From NCBI GenBank assembly GCA_051362555.1, contig CM120640.1:1488001-1552000 (forward strand): a stretch of 64,000 nucleotides of DNA, read 5' to 3'. Positions 26,240-42,521 of the stretch are shown one piece after another; the first letter of the stretch is position 1; each line of letters begins with the position of its first letter. The notes under the pieces were generated by a model, which was not told the origin of the DNA, did not search any database, and saw nothing but the letters and a program-made list of their open reading frames with translations. Both the position numbers and the translations under genes were made by a program. The DNA comes from Lingula anatina. Its lineage: Eukaryota; Animalia; Brachiopoda.

Positions 26240-29200
26240 CACAAACACACACTACCATAAAAAAGAGCTTCTACCTATTTTTTTTTTCAGAATACTTGCT
26301 TAACAAAAGTGATCTGTCTACAGTCTGTTCTCACTTATGACAACCAACTTGGCACATTTCCTTTCATTTGTCTACTACAGAATACCTGTAAAACCACATC
26401 TGAATAAGATCTTAGACAACCTTTCAAAGATAATCTTCGTGAAGAGTGGATGAATAGAAATAAGTAAAGAAGCATGCCAAATGACCCTTGTGGAAAGAAC
26501 AAAAGAAAAAACATTTTCCATCAAATTAACCATCTTTCATTTATATGCAAACTACTATGTGTTATAGCTATCTGTAGTCTACATAAATAAAATTGAGTTA
26601 TCTTTTCTTCAAAGCTTAGACTTTACCTAGATATATATTAAAAATTCTATAGTGTAAAATACTGAATACAGTAATTTGCTGTCTGCTTTAATTCAGCAAT
26701 ACCTGGATCTGTCCCTGATCATCATCATCATAAGCAATCCAGGTAAAATAAAGGAAAAAAAGTTCCATACATTCACCTGAAGTGAATTTGGCGGATATTA
26801 AATCCTTTATTGAATACATTGCATGTAAAGAACTGCATGGCGTACAGCTTTTCATTAAGCTACAACCACCAAACACAATGGGCAGAACTCAATTAGCTGG
26901 CTATTTTAGCTCATTCTCCCACTTAACTGCAGCAGATTGATCTGTCGTACAGTAAGGTCAAGAAAACAAGAGCTGACTGATTGGCACCATTCGCAGACAA
27001 CTTGATTTCATCCTCCAGATTATAACCTGCTTCAAAACTGTTTGTCAGATATTGAAGTCATACAATGAAAATAATTACTACAGGCGGTCGATGGGCAGCC
27101 ACTGCTTATCTCCACACATCCTCACATCCACCCCCCAGGGACAGCCCCACCCCCAGGAAACCTAGGGTCCTATTTCTTATATATATATATATAAATAATA
27201 AACATGTTCACATTTCCACTAAAACACTTTCTATCATAGTCCAAACATAGAAAAGAAACTTTCAGACTTCAACTCAGCGTGATTTATTATGGGAATGGTT
27301 CGGGTTTTGGCATGAAAGAACAGTGAATCACTTTAGTAAGTAATTATCTTATAGCATAAGCTAAAGATTAAATGTTAATATTACTATATCCAATATTCAC
27401 ATCTTATGTTAGAACTCTTTTGGTCAAGTCTCTTAAATATATATATATGGTACAATGATGTAAATATATAAACCATGGTGGTTTAATTTACATTTGAATT
27501 TCTTTCATCAAATACAGAGCAAAAGACTTTTCAGTTTTTTATGTTTCCAAAAAGCATTTTTCCAGCACATTTCACACGACATCTGTGCCTTCAAAAAAAG
27601 TATAAGATTCTATGGAGTGATTTCCTTTTTCTATTTTTTCAAAGGATGTGAAAAGATGGAAAAGTTTTTAAAGGGCAAAACATGATGCAGTGCTTAAAAA
27701 ATACTGTAAAAAGATTTGTAATCACTAATCATCCCTAAAGAAGTTTTTGAGATCTATGTGGAAGTATTTCAGTGCAGATACATGCTTTGGGGAAAGTAAT
27801 TTTCTCAGCAAAGAAATAATGACACTGTCCTATATAATTGGGATGTTGTCATCTTTGGCCTAAAGTGTTCCCAGGATATAAGCTCCTGCTAGCTGCCAGA
27901 AGTCACTGCTGTGTACTGTGTACTGTGGTTTGCTTGGGAAATTGCCAGTACAGATGAATCCCTCATAGCCTGAGTTTCATAGTCTTTCAGAAACACTCAT
28001 CAATAAACCAGTATATATATGCTCATATGCTTATAGTTTCCAGTGGATGAAACACTGACAAAGATCAGTAAAAGGACAGTTCCAGCTGATACTCTGTCAC
28101 TCAGGGTGATGGAGAACATATACTGGGTAGAGGAGAGTCACTGTCAGTACTCTCAAACTCAGGGTGATAGAGACCATATACTGGGTAGAGGAGAGTCACT
28201 GTCAATACTCTCAAACTCAGGGTGATAGAGAACATATACTGGGTAGAGGAGAGGCACTGTCAGTACTCTCAAACTCAGGGTGATAGAGACCATATACTGG
28301 GTAGAGGAGCATCACTGTCAGTACCCAGAAACTCAGGGTGATAGAGAACATATACTGGGTAGAGGAACGTCACTGTCAGTACCCAGAAACTCAGGGTGAT
28401 AGAGAACTTATACTGGGTAGAGGAGAGGCACTGTCAGTACTCTCAAACTCAGGGTGATAGAGAACATATACTGGGTAGAGGAAAGTCACTGTCAGTACCC
28501 AGAAACTCAGGGTGATAGAGAACATGCCTATTAGAATAGTTGTCAGCCACATTGGACAAGTTCCTAATGGGAAACTGGGGAATTTACCAAGAACTGGCTG
28601 CCTGTTAAGACTTAATTACTTGGCTGCTTGGCTACAGTAAAATGCCTGAGGGTGCTTCAGGGGAAATTTGTCAGAACAGAAGACCTCCAACATAAACTAT
28701 AAAGATATTCAAACATTGATAAACTAGTATTGTATGCTTTATAATATACAGTATAAATGTCTGGAATGCCTTCCTTACAATGCATGGCACTGATACTTGA
28801 TAGACAGTTATTTCTACTGAGTTTTCATTAGCACCCAATCAAATGTGTTAACTAACTGGTTACATATGCATTCTATATGTCTGTGACCATCATTACTTTC
28901 ATGCATTTTTCATATGAAACAATTAGGAGAACTTATTAAATAAGACATGATTTGATTAGTATATTATAATGTCAGATCAAGCAGATCAAATAAAATTTAA
29001 AAAATAAATTAACAAGGTTGCAGGTTGCATTCATGGCATCGCTATCATTTTAATGACCTTTATCTAAATGAAACTATGCTCCATTGATCAACTGAAGAAT
29101 TTTATTGAGCTCAACCCTGAATGCAAATTTCATCTGAATTTCTTGTACATAGGACTCTAGATGTGATGGTTAATTAAATATTATAACATAAATAGCCTGT

Positions 29201-29980
29201 TGCTCATCAAGTCAGGAATAACCTAAGGTTACTTATCATGTTTACCAGTTTGGTGTCTGATTTTATTCAATATCATTTTTTATTCATAAGACAGCTTGGA
29301 CATAGAAGAAATGTCCTAGAAAAGCAAAAGTCAAATATGTTATTGTTTTACTGCACTTCCAAAGACAGCTGAGTAGGTTGCTAACGTTACCGATACCTGC
29401 ATGCTGGTGTATTAAAAGTGTAACAACTTGAACTGAAATATTCTTATTTAGTTTAAAAACTAAACATCATAAGTGAAAGCTATGCAGATCAAATCAAATA
29501 TATGTTGACTTCTATTCCACTTGCTGTGACATTATCATCAAAACTGGCCTGAATGAGCAATGCACAGAAACTTCCACTAACATTTAACGTATTAAATCTG
29601 TGCATTTGCATTTGTTTATATTCGTCGGCAAAACATACACAATTTCACTGGATATATAGAGTTTTAAGAGATTCTCTTGTTACCTTGCACGGCCTATGAT
29701 AGATATATACGTTGGCTAATTGTAGAGTAACAATTAAAGTGATCGGATACATCTGATGTTTAATTCGTGAATATTTATGATATGGAGTATTTTTAACTTA
29801 CTTAGTCTCCAGGTACTGCAAGGCCAAATCAAGACTTTCTCCTTCAACTTCTGTGATGGAGAGGGTCAGATTTTCGATTCTTATTGGCAGACGATCGGCA
29901 TCTGTGTATGTGCCTTTATGCTCTTTGCAGAATTCTTCCAGAAACTGCACATAACTCGACGCATTGCCCGGTTTTGCCAT
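13356..29980 (-). CDS. PPM1E: Protein phosphatase 1E/1F-like (PP2C family, CaMK phosphatase/POPX)
   Basis: Exons 29980-29802, 22213-22104, 17793-17591, 15829-15641, 15284-15141, 14852-14759, 14296-13356, all in phase. PP2C motifs [76 protein letters not shown]; long Ser/Lys-rich tail. Confidence 0.9.
15897..16071. mobile_element. MITE (PIF/Harbinger-like), 3-bp target-site duplication CAA
   Basis: ggccccattcagaa...ccgagggtcaaatatggc / gccatatttgaccctcgg...ttctgtatggggcc inverted repeats; caa on both flanks. Confidence 0.75.
16205..16503. mobile_element. Tourist-like (PIF/Harbinger) MITE with long inverted repeats, TSD TAA
   Basis: taa|ggccgctttcacatcgagttgagccatggctctacaaagccacgacctaaatat ... 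atatttaggtcgtggctttgtagagccatggctcaactcgatgtgaatgcggcc|taa; the arms pair over more than 100 bp. Confidence 0.9.
18725..18794. repeat. (TA)n microsatellite
   Basis: Direct inspection. Confidence 0.95.
23830..24094. mobile_element. MITE-like element, family A copy 2 (opposite orientation to 2058-2326)
   Basis: atgactgaatcttttcaatggg...cccattgaaaagtctgagtcat inverted repeats, homologous to 2058-2326. Confidence 0.6.
26115..26235. repeat. (CA)n and (CT)n microsatellites
   Basis: Direct inspection. Confidence 0.9.
28099..28525. repeat. 58-bp minisatellite, ~7.3 copies, in PPM1E intron 1
   Basis: ctcagggtga recurs at 28100, 28158, 28216, 28274, 28332, 28390, 28448 and 28506. Confidence 0.95.
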
Positions 29981-30274
29981 CCCCGATCTACAAAATTCTG
30001 CGGCTTTCTCACACCTCTTGTGTACCTACACATAAACAGATGACGTCAGAAAGGTTCTCACCTCCATTTAGAAATAATTGCGTTTTCTTTGGCTAAATAA
30101 TTTTTGTTAGTTTGTTTGTATGGTCTCGTGTCTGTATTTTGACTTCATATTATTAAATTGTTATTTTTGAAGAAGTAAAAATGAGTAAATTAACTATGCA
30201 ATTTCCGTGACGTCATTGTGCGCGAAAAGACTTGCGCGAATTTCGAGTGTGACCCACATTTATCTGTTTGAGAC
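29981..30274. promoter_or_regulatory. Bidirectional promoter PPM1E/RAD51C
   Basis: The two ATGs are ~295 bp apart and divergent. Two perfect CRE palindromes TGACGTCA (30041-30048, 30208-30215) and E2F-like GCGCGAAAA (30220-30228) and GCGCGAA (30234-30240). Confidence 0.75.
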
Positions 30275-33200
30275 ATGGAAAACAAGGAGAGGGAACTTAG
30301 CAGTTTTCCCCTGCCGCCGATCTATCGCTCAAAGCTTGTTGCTGCTGGCTTTATCACAGTGGGTGACATAAAAGATGTCAGACCAGTGGAACTTAGTAAA
30401 GGTGGCATATTTTTGAAGAAACTAATCCTCTCAAAGATATAATCTAACGTATTAACTAATATCGTTTTTGTACATAAACACATACACACACACTCACACA
30501 CACACACATGCACTCACATTGATCATTTGATGCATGATATTTTATTCAGTGAGAAAACTATTGAAAATTGAAATGCTATTCATAATATCATTGTTCATAT
30601 TTTTACTTTAAATTTGGAGAATTCGGGCCATTCAAAATAAAAGAACCGAGTATCAACTGGTCCCAGGCTCAAATATGGTAGACCTTACATGAAAGGAAGA
30701 CTGCTCTTACCTGTAATGGCATGTCCACCTCTCACACGCCTCCCCACACGTTGTCCCTGCAGGGGCACAGTAATAAAATCTCAGCTCCATTAGATCAGAC
30801 CAGGCCCCCGTAACTCGAAAGCATCGCGTATGGCAAAAAAGCAGTATCACATAGCAGCTAAAATGTATTGTATGGGCGAGTTGTGGAATCGAGATGCTTG
30901 CTCTCGATTGCAATGCATAATGCTTTCGAGTAACAGGGCCCAGATTATCAGTATCTTTTTTAAGTACTGACAACTAAACTATCTCTTTTAATTTAATGCT
31001 TCCCCTGTGGCATTTCTTTCAGAGTTATCAATATCCAAAGAAGCAGCCCTGGATATTCTTCAGACTATTGAGAACCATTCCTCAACAAAACCTGGCAGTG
31101 GACATTCATCCAGTTGCTCTCAAGCACGAACAGCATTAGATATGCTGAGAGATGAGAGCCTGCAGCAGTACATTATCACATTCTCAGAGAGGCTAGATGA
31201 CATGTTGGGGGGCGGGGTCCCACTGACCAAGACAACCGAGTTCTGTGGGGCACCTGGTATTGGGAAAACACAGATGAGGTATTACTTTGTACCTTATGTG
31301 TATGTCCATTATCCATATGACCAAGCAGATTAACATTATTAACATATGTAAATTTTTAATTTTCTGACTTTCTTTCCAGAACAAGTTGAAGCCTTGAAGA
31401 ATTTTTCTGTGGAATCCATATTAAAAATACATTAAATTTTGAATCAATATTTGAGATGGTGTGCATTCAGGGACAGTACCCAATGAGTTGGATTGATCTC
31501 CTTAGATCAATAGTTTCATTGTGAATGGGTCTTAAATGTCAGGGAAGGGAAAACATATCCTCATTGAAGATTCGTGGTATCAGTTGCAATGATGGATCGT
31601 TGCTGCATAATATCATAAATCCAGTATTATATTTATATTTTTCTATATAGTGACATCTCAATCCTGGATGAGCAATGAAACTCTCTCAATAGTATACATG
31701 TGGTAGTCTAGTCTGGACTTACCTTATTGTTTGATGTGCCCAGTATGCCACAATTTTTAATTACACTGCCCCTCGTGTCCTAATGTTAATTATTAAGAGA
31801 TTTAATATTTGAAAAGGACACCTGCTTATTTTGTTTCAACCTGAACACAGGATTTTTATTAATGATAATTTTAGGAATAAAATGTCCCTGAAGCATTTTG
31901 ATCACTATAATATGGGAAAGACAGACTTTTTTAATAAGATATATTTGTGTATTTCAATTTTTTATATTTTATACTTTTATTTATTTATTTATTTATTTTA
32001 TTTATAATTATTATTGTTTTATTTCTGTAGTTTTCAACTCTCAGTTGATGTACAGATTCCAGAGTGTTTTGGGGGTCTAGGGGGAGAGGCGGTTTATATA
32101 GACACAGAGGGAAGCTTTATAGTAGACAGACTAATAGATGTTGCCAAGGCTACAGTCGAACACTGCCAGCACATTGCAGCAGCAGAGAATAGTGCAGGTG
32201 AGAAAGAAAGCACAGCAACTTCCTTTAGATATTTCTAATGACATGAACAATTTTCATTCTAACAGTTTCAGTATTACAAACCCAAGAAAAATGTATCCTC
32301 ATGTACCAACACTAATCTAAAATAGTATAAATTTTGATAAATGCAATGGTATGATAAATCCTGTGACTTTCTTTCCAGAACAAGTTGGAGCCTTGAAGAC
32401 TTTTTCTGTGGAGTCCATATTAAAAGGAATCCATTACTACAGATGCCATAATTATGTAGAGCTCATTGCCACAGTGCATCTTCTTCCAGAATTTTTAAAG
32501 GAACACTCGCAGGTGTAACTCATATAAGACCATATTATTAATATTATATGTGAAGTCTCCTTGTATATTCCTTTTATTAGCTTGCATGATTGCAGCTGTT
32601 AATCTTGTAAAAATTACTTGGGCATGGTACAGCACATTTACAGTAAAAAATACACATACTGTAGCACGTCAGATTTTATAATAGACATCATCAGTGCTGA
32701 GAGACATATATCAAAACCCTCCAAGATATATGAGAAACTTGTAAGAAATAGAACTATACTTGGACTCCTTGTGTGCATTATGGATCCAAGATCATTAGAA
32801 CTTATACATGTGAAACTTTCCTTTCTTTTCTTTATTTTAGGTCAAGCTCATAATTGTAGACAGCATAGCTTTTCATTTCCGGCATGACTTTGACGATCTT
32901 GCTCTAAGAACCAGGCTACTTAATGGAATGTCTCAGAGTTTCATTCGGTTGGCAAATGAACACACTTTAGCTGTAAGTGACCTGTCTGCAATAATTTATG
33001 ACCTGTTTCCATTAGCCTATGACCTTGTCTAAGCTTTTTTCAAACAAAATGTTTTATCAGTTTTAGCCTAAGAAGTTCATATTATGTGCAGCAATGATTC
33101 TAAATAATGCTAGCTAACATGTTTGTTTAATATTACTCTAGTACATTGTGCAATTCTTGTTCTTTTTAAATTCAAACTAACAAAAAATATGGAAATGTAT

Positions 33201-34029
33201 ACCAGTGTTTTTACAGCTTATTTTCTGCTTTTTGTCTGTACATTTGACAGCTTTGCTGCCTTGTTTTAAATTCAAATTAACTGAAATTTGCAGAAATGTA
33301 CACCAGTGTTCCTTTTTACAGTTTACCAATTTATTACATTAAAACCATCTATCCCAGGATATTTGAGAATCATCCCACAATTCCAGGTGGTGCTGACCAA
33401 CCAGATGACCACCCGTTTCAGTGTTGACCAACAAGGACAGTCGTACCTGATTCCGGCCCTGGGTGAGAGCTGGGGGCATGCCAGTACAGTCAGGGTGGTC
33501 CTGTACTGGGAAAACAGCCAGAGATGGGCCAAATTATACAAGTCGCCCTACAGGAAGGAGGACACGATACCATATCAAGTCACAGTGAGATATGTCTGGG
33601 ATGTTTTGTTTTTAATATGACACATCTGTCGCATGTTTTAAAGTACTGAATAGAAACACCTAACATGTTTAGATCAAATATGTTATGGGACATTTGGATC
33701 TCAGTTATTCAGAATTTCTTTCTCACATTTGTCCGTTTGATGAAACTGGATATTAATATCTTTGATAAGTAACGTGATAGAAAGATATATATGAAATTAC
33801 ATATTAAGTTCTTTATATCATCATACTAGATAAAAATTGTTTCTTTTCCTTGGCCTTGATAGAATGTTTAATGCGTATAATTTTTAATACAACATCCATA
33901 ATTTTGCAATTCCAGACAGGAGGAATAAGGGATGTACAAATTACAGATCCTGTAACACTACCCACACATACACATTTACAAGATGAGTCACAACCTTGTG
34001 GTAAGAAAAGGAAAATAGATACACAATGA
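30275..34029 (+). CDS. RAD51C: DNA repair protein RAD51 homolog 3 (RAD51C)
   Basis: Exons 30275-30401, 31023-31278, 32031-32197, 32379-32512, 32841-32972, 33387-33584, 33916-34029. [11 protein letters not shown]-terminus, Walker [27 protein letters not shown], Walker [34 protein letters not shown]-terminal KKRK NLS. Confidence 0.95.
30669..30940. mobile_element. MITE fragments in RAD51C intron 1
   Basis: 30669-30792 is homologous to the interior of the 16205-16503 MITE (cctctcacacgcctcccca...aaatctc.gctccatt). 30803-30940 is a separate element with TIRs ggcccccgtaactcgaaagcat...atgctttcgagtaacagggcc. Confidence 0.7.
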
Positions 34030-35115
34030 ACAGGAAAAAAGTAATGTTAGCCCCCATGGCAGCTTACAGAATGGATATGCCTGATATATTCTGGTGCCCT
34101 TTAAGGAAGACAATTACCAAGAGCATTGTACCTTAAAGGAGGATTGACAGAATGGAGATTGACTTCTAGTATTATTGATGTTGACAGGAGATGGTGGGCA
34201 CTAGGATGTTTAGTTCAGCCATTGGTTGCAGCAGATGTGCTAAAATCTAAAATCAGATTTGGCAGTTACAAGAAATTTTGCTGGAACAATGAACTTTTTT
34301 CCAAACAGACTGTAAATTCAAAATGGCAGCTTTAAAAATTGTTTCTAATCACTTGGAATGCCTGAACACAATTTAATACAGGTCCTTGAAAATTTTTAAA
34401 ATCATTCATGACCAAAAGGATGACAACTTCAGTATGTCTGCTACAGTGTTGATGAGCTAGGGTGGTTGCCTCCTTTCCTCCACAAATAACAGGTTGATTT
34501 GTTATGATTTGCCAACCTTCATGGATACTTCACTATAATTTGGAAACTAAGAAGATGGTAACTGGCTAGCATTGCCAGTATGTTGTTCACCAAGAGTGTG
34601 ATTAGATCTGTCAAAGATACTGGAGGAGACTTTTAACCTTTTTCTTCACTTTCATGGTCAATAAGTGCCCTTAATAAGACCATAGTCATACAAATGATGT
34701 AAAATTAACTGTTCAGTTTATGTCAAAGAACAGTTTTACAACTGTTTATGTTTAATACAAATATTTAACGAAAGTTTTGTTTGTGTCTAGTCTAGGCATT
34801 TGTGAAAAAAAACAAGGTTAGTTTTAGCTTACAACCTGAGCAATGTTACAACAACAATTCTGCAAATATGTATTATCAATATTATATTTTAATTTATGTA
34901 CATATATACATTCATTGCTTGATAAAAATGAATCTTGTAAAGTTTTTAATTGTCCTACTCCTTCAACTTATCGCTCCATTGTTTGGATGCCATTACATTA
35001 ACAGCCCTTGGTATTGTTTATCCCCTCTAGAAAACATGCTCTCATGGAGTGTGTAATTTGAAATTGGCTATTAATAGCCAACATTGTTCAGAGTTGTGCA
35101 ATGACCTGCAGACAT

Positions 35116-38104
<2,989 letters not shown>

Positions 38105-38274
38105 TTCTAAGTTTGATCTCTGCGGTTGATTCTGGCAGGTGGGCTGCAGCGTTTTTCAATATGGCGACGTTGCTAAGAGAAAAGTGTCATTAATGACCAC
38201 CGATGTAACGTTCATGCTGGCTGTTCCCGCTGTGGCACTTATGGTATCTTTATATTGGCCGTTTCGTTTGCGTG

Positions 38275-38288
38275 GTTACCCGTGAAAC
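38275..38288. promoter_or_regulatory. Candidate RFX X-box upstream of CFAP119
   Basis: GTTACCCGTGAAAC (reverse complement GTTTCACGGGTAAC) ~170 bp upstream of the ATG; second half-site GTTGCTA at 38169. RFX X-boxes are typical of ciliary gene promoters. Confidence 0.45.
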
Positions 38289-38437
38289 TCGGGTGAATTT
38301 AAGAAATTTGAAATGAAGTTGTTATTTTTTCTAATTCTGAGATCCTGTTTATTATAATGGCAGTTTTTCTGGAACGCATTTAAAAGGGCAAATTTGTGTG
38401 TGGGATCGGCGGGCGAGAATTAATTAAGAGACGTCAT

Positions 38438-38468
<31 letters not shown>

Positions 38469-40129
38469 CTTATTTATTTATTTATTGTGTTTGAAAGGAT
38501 CACACAAGCATTCGAAGCCTAGCCTCTATTCACGGTCAATCCTGTAACCAAATAACAATCCCAACTCATCGTTTCAGTTCATCGCCGTTATCAGAAGATG
38601 CTCTGAGCGCTATAGAGCAATCATCACTTTGTCAGTTCTGGTACAGATATTAGGGCATTTACGTCTAACGCGTCACTTCTCATTTCCTTCGGCGTTTTAT
38701 TTATACCTGACTTTAACGCCTTAACTCGCTGCCTCACGACAGGTGTTCGCAATGTCCAATATAACGCAGGTGGATCGGGAGTGATGAAAATTAAGCGGAT
38801 GAAATTTGTTATTGAATATATTGCAGCAAAGTATCATAATTTTCTCTTCCCATGACCTTTACTTGCCCTTTTTAATTTTATTTTTAGAGGATGACTTATC
38901 ACAGGCAATTAGGGAAAAACGAATTTCTCTTTTATGTGGTGCAACTATAGTTCACTGAAACATTATATACTATTTTTAATCCAAGATATACAATTTTGCA
39001 AAATCATTTAGCCAGAACACATGAAGCAGTCTACGGGCCACACATCTAGACTTGTACCCTAATTATTCTCTGTGGTTATTTATTAAGCTAGTTTCCAATA
39101 AACACCGACTTATCTTATAAAAGATAATCTTCTGATGATGCTGAGTCAGTTACGTTAGGGTCTGGGAATTTCTCAGGGGATCCCGTTTCTAAGTATTAAA
39201 GAGATGTATAATAGATAAATAAGTATCATAGATAAAGAGATTCCAAACAACACCTATGATACAGTAGTTGGGTAGGGTACCGATTAGGAGGCCCATTCAC
39301 GAACGATTGGTGTTAACCACAGTTTTCTGTGATAATATTTACAAATTATTATTGGCAATAATTATGAATATGGTAGCCACATGTAGGCCTACCACACCAG
39401 GTGGACCGCATCTGCTACAAAATTAAACACTTTTGATTTTTCCCTTGAATTCTGATAAAACGAAATCAAAAATATGTTGGTCAAAGTTCCACATTATCAG
39501 GATAAATAACATTTCACGTCATTGGGTTGGATAACATACTGTGTACGTATAAAACAGAAAACGCGATGATTCTTGTCGTTCTCCAGGTCCGCGCGCGCCT
39601 CCTCAAATCGATGTATGGAATCTGACGCAGTGCCGCGGCCATGCCTCGGATGAACGCTCTGAGTCACTCAGCCCCCGAAAACAATTTTCGTGGAAGATGC
39701 CTGATGAAGATAGACCCAATTTTAATAAACAACGTTGATTTAGACGTTGGTACGGTAACATAACGATGATATATTAGACACTTGTATTGCCGCAAGCAAG
39801 CTACGGACTGAACTAGCACTGAGATAGCTTGCAAGAGCTCTGTATATCCGTCTAGATTGCAGAATCAAGAGGCCGAGAGCTAAGTAAGCATTTGATACAC
39901 CGCTTATAATAGTCTGAATGTTTGCCCTTTACTGTTAGTTGGCGGGGAAATGCATAGCCGAGTCCAGGTAAGTGCTTCAGTGTCAGTAATACCGCAGAAA
40001 AACAACACGGGCCAAGGCTGACCATAGGCTATTGAAATTACAGCTTGTTCCTGACGAACTGTTGGACTGCTTAGCGGCCAAGTCTGTGATAGTGAGATAT
40101 AGTCTGTGATGTCGAAATATACATGTGAA

Positions 40130-42474
40130 GCTTGATAGACACCTTCGCTGCATGAGGACATCTTGCTAATGAAGAGCGACTGAAGATCAGGTAAGTTTCC
40201 TTTTTTTTTTTTTTTTTTTTGTTTCATCTTGTTCTTGCCATTATATCCGGTCTTTAATGAAGATGAAATTCATCATATCTCCCTCTCTTTCCCTCTTTCT
40301 CTCTTTCTCCTGCTTTTCCCATTGTTTTCTCTCACACACTCACATACCCCCCACACACACAAACATACCCCCCCCACACACACTCACATATCTCACACAC
40401 ACATACACAAACACACACACACACACACACACAGCAGTCACACGAGCACACAGCCAAGAAAAGTGAGAGTAAAACAATGTCATTCAATTAAAGTTATGGT
40501 CTTTCTGGAAAATGGAAGGGTTTCATTAAAGTAATTTGGACAGTAGGTGTGATTGAACGGCAGTCGAAGTGATTAAAACGGTCTAAAGGTGTGATTGGAA
40601 AGCTGTCTTTACGATTATCGATTGAGGCGTTCAGCTACTCATCAGATCTTGAACTTTGGATGAACTCCTCAAGAAAAGAGTACATGCACCTTTAGATGGA
40701 GTTTAAGTGGTTTTAACACCAAGCGCTTTAAATATAGGCTTTAGAAACACAGAAAACAATTTTCGAGATTTATCTGAAACTTAAACTTTTATTGAAGTGG
40801 GCAGTGTGACACATCTTTCCGTTTCACACTTCGTGTGACATTTGGATTCACTGACACCCTGTCAAAGGAAAAGGTCGCTGAGCAGATCATGTACAGGTTT
40901 ACTAAGTGGTTGATCAAATTTCCTCATGGCTGGCTTATTATCATACCCCACCACATACCTCGTGTTTGAGTCGAGAGTGTGAGCATACGATACGTTGCGT
41001 GCAAAGATAAATATTTATATACATACATCCCCTCGCTTTTATTGTTAAATGAAAGTGCAAACGTCGAAGAATATGTGCTCAATTCAGTGGAACTAAGAGG
41101 CCCAAACAGCCAGAGAGGGTAAGAAAACACGCCTGTTTGTGCTTCAGTTATTCATTTGTTAATTATGTGAAATGATAGATTTTGATTTGGGGGATTAATA
41201 GCTCATGATTCAACAGACATTTATTTCATATTAGCCCAAGAAAGATGGGTTGCATACAGAGTCTAGCGTATACTGAGAAGCAGCTGTTTCAATGAACCAT
41301 TTCCAGTGTTATTTTTAAATCCCATAAAATGACTCAGTGTGTCTTAGTATCTCTTTTTACCTGTTGTTTAGATACTGAACCCCGTGCACTGCCATGAAGA
41401 TTCTCCTCACAGCGAACTCTCACCAAAGGAACAGAACTTGATGGTAAGTCCCATATTTCTTTGATGTTTTGGCTTGAAGTGTGGTTTGAAGAGTGCTGCG
41501 GCTCAGGAAGTTTCTTTCGTTCTTATTCCGTATCAAAACAAATGAAGTAGTAATTCATCCTGAAAATGATTCCTGAGATGACCTGAGATGGCCGTTTGAA
41601 TGGAGGGGGTGGGGGTGGATGGGGGTGAGGGGGTAGAGGTGGGTGGGGGGTGAGGGGGGGTAAGGGTGGGTGGGGGTGAGGGGGGTAGGGCTTAGGGGTG
41701 AGAGCGGGTGCCGCGGAAACAATGAGCTGGTCCAGACACTCGATAGACCAAAGTAATTTGGTAATAAATAAATTTATTGGTAAAGAACTTAGAAATAGGG
41801 GTTAATTTAGTTGCGAAGTTAAAAAAAATACTACTTGGCATATCATCAATACCCTCCAAAAAGGAACCTCAGCCCAGTGTTGACATTTTTGCTCTCTGGC
41901 GAAAAAAAACAAAACACCGTTTTATTTCCTGTGTAAACTTGGCAACGAGCATAATACCCTTTGCTTTGCAAATTTTTCAGCAAATTACGCGCTGGCATCT
42001 TAATGACACATCCGAGTGCGCAATGTTGAGAGTGCCAGAGATAGATTGGCACACGTTTTTCGGCCTCGGCTCCCACTTGATTACATAGCCCAGTGCCACA
42101 TTACCTACAGTGTTGTAATCACGGAATATGCAGGGGAACACACGGCACTGACGTAAGGGGTGTTAGGGGGAGGCTTTTTTTTCACCGACTTTTGATCGAG
42201 AAATACCAGAGAAGCCAAATGATAGACCTAAGTACAGATCTTTGTTGTAAACATTGAAGTAAATGAGCGAGTCTGTTAATTTTAGAGGATTCGTTTCGAA
42301 GTTTGCATCATGACTCATCATTGCAGGTATGGCTTCAGCGTCAACTTTGGAACCATGCCTGTTGAATTTGTTCTAACTAGGAAGGACAGAGCGCGGAAAA
42401 GGACTTGCAGGGATATTGCACTTCTTTGTTGCTTATGGTAGTATACCTTGATATACATAAGTCATAAACACGTA

Positions 42475-42521
<47 letters not shown>

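Noticed and set aside
25925-26340. ORFs rich in CV/HT/ER dipeptides (also 40229-40534, 58336-58572, 60460-60762)
   Set aside because: Translations of (CA)n/(GA)n microsatellites.
28099-28525. Regular repeat array as CRISPR
   Set aside because: Units are contiguous with no unique spacers, the context is a eukaryotic intron, and there are no cas genes.
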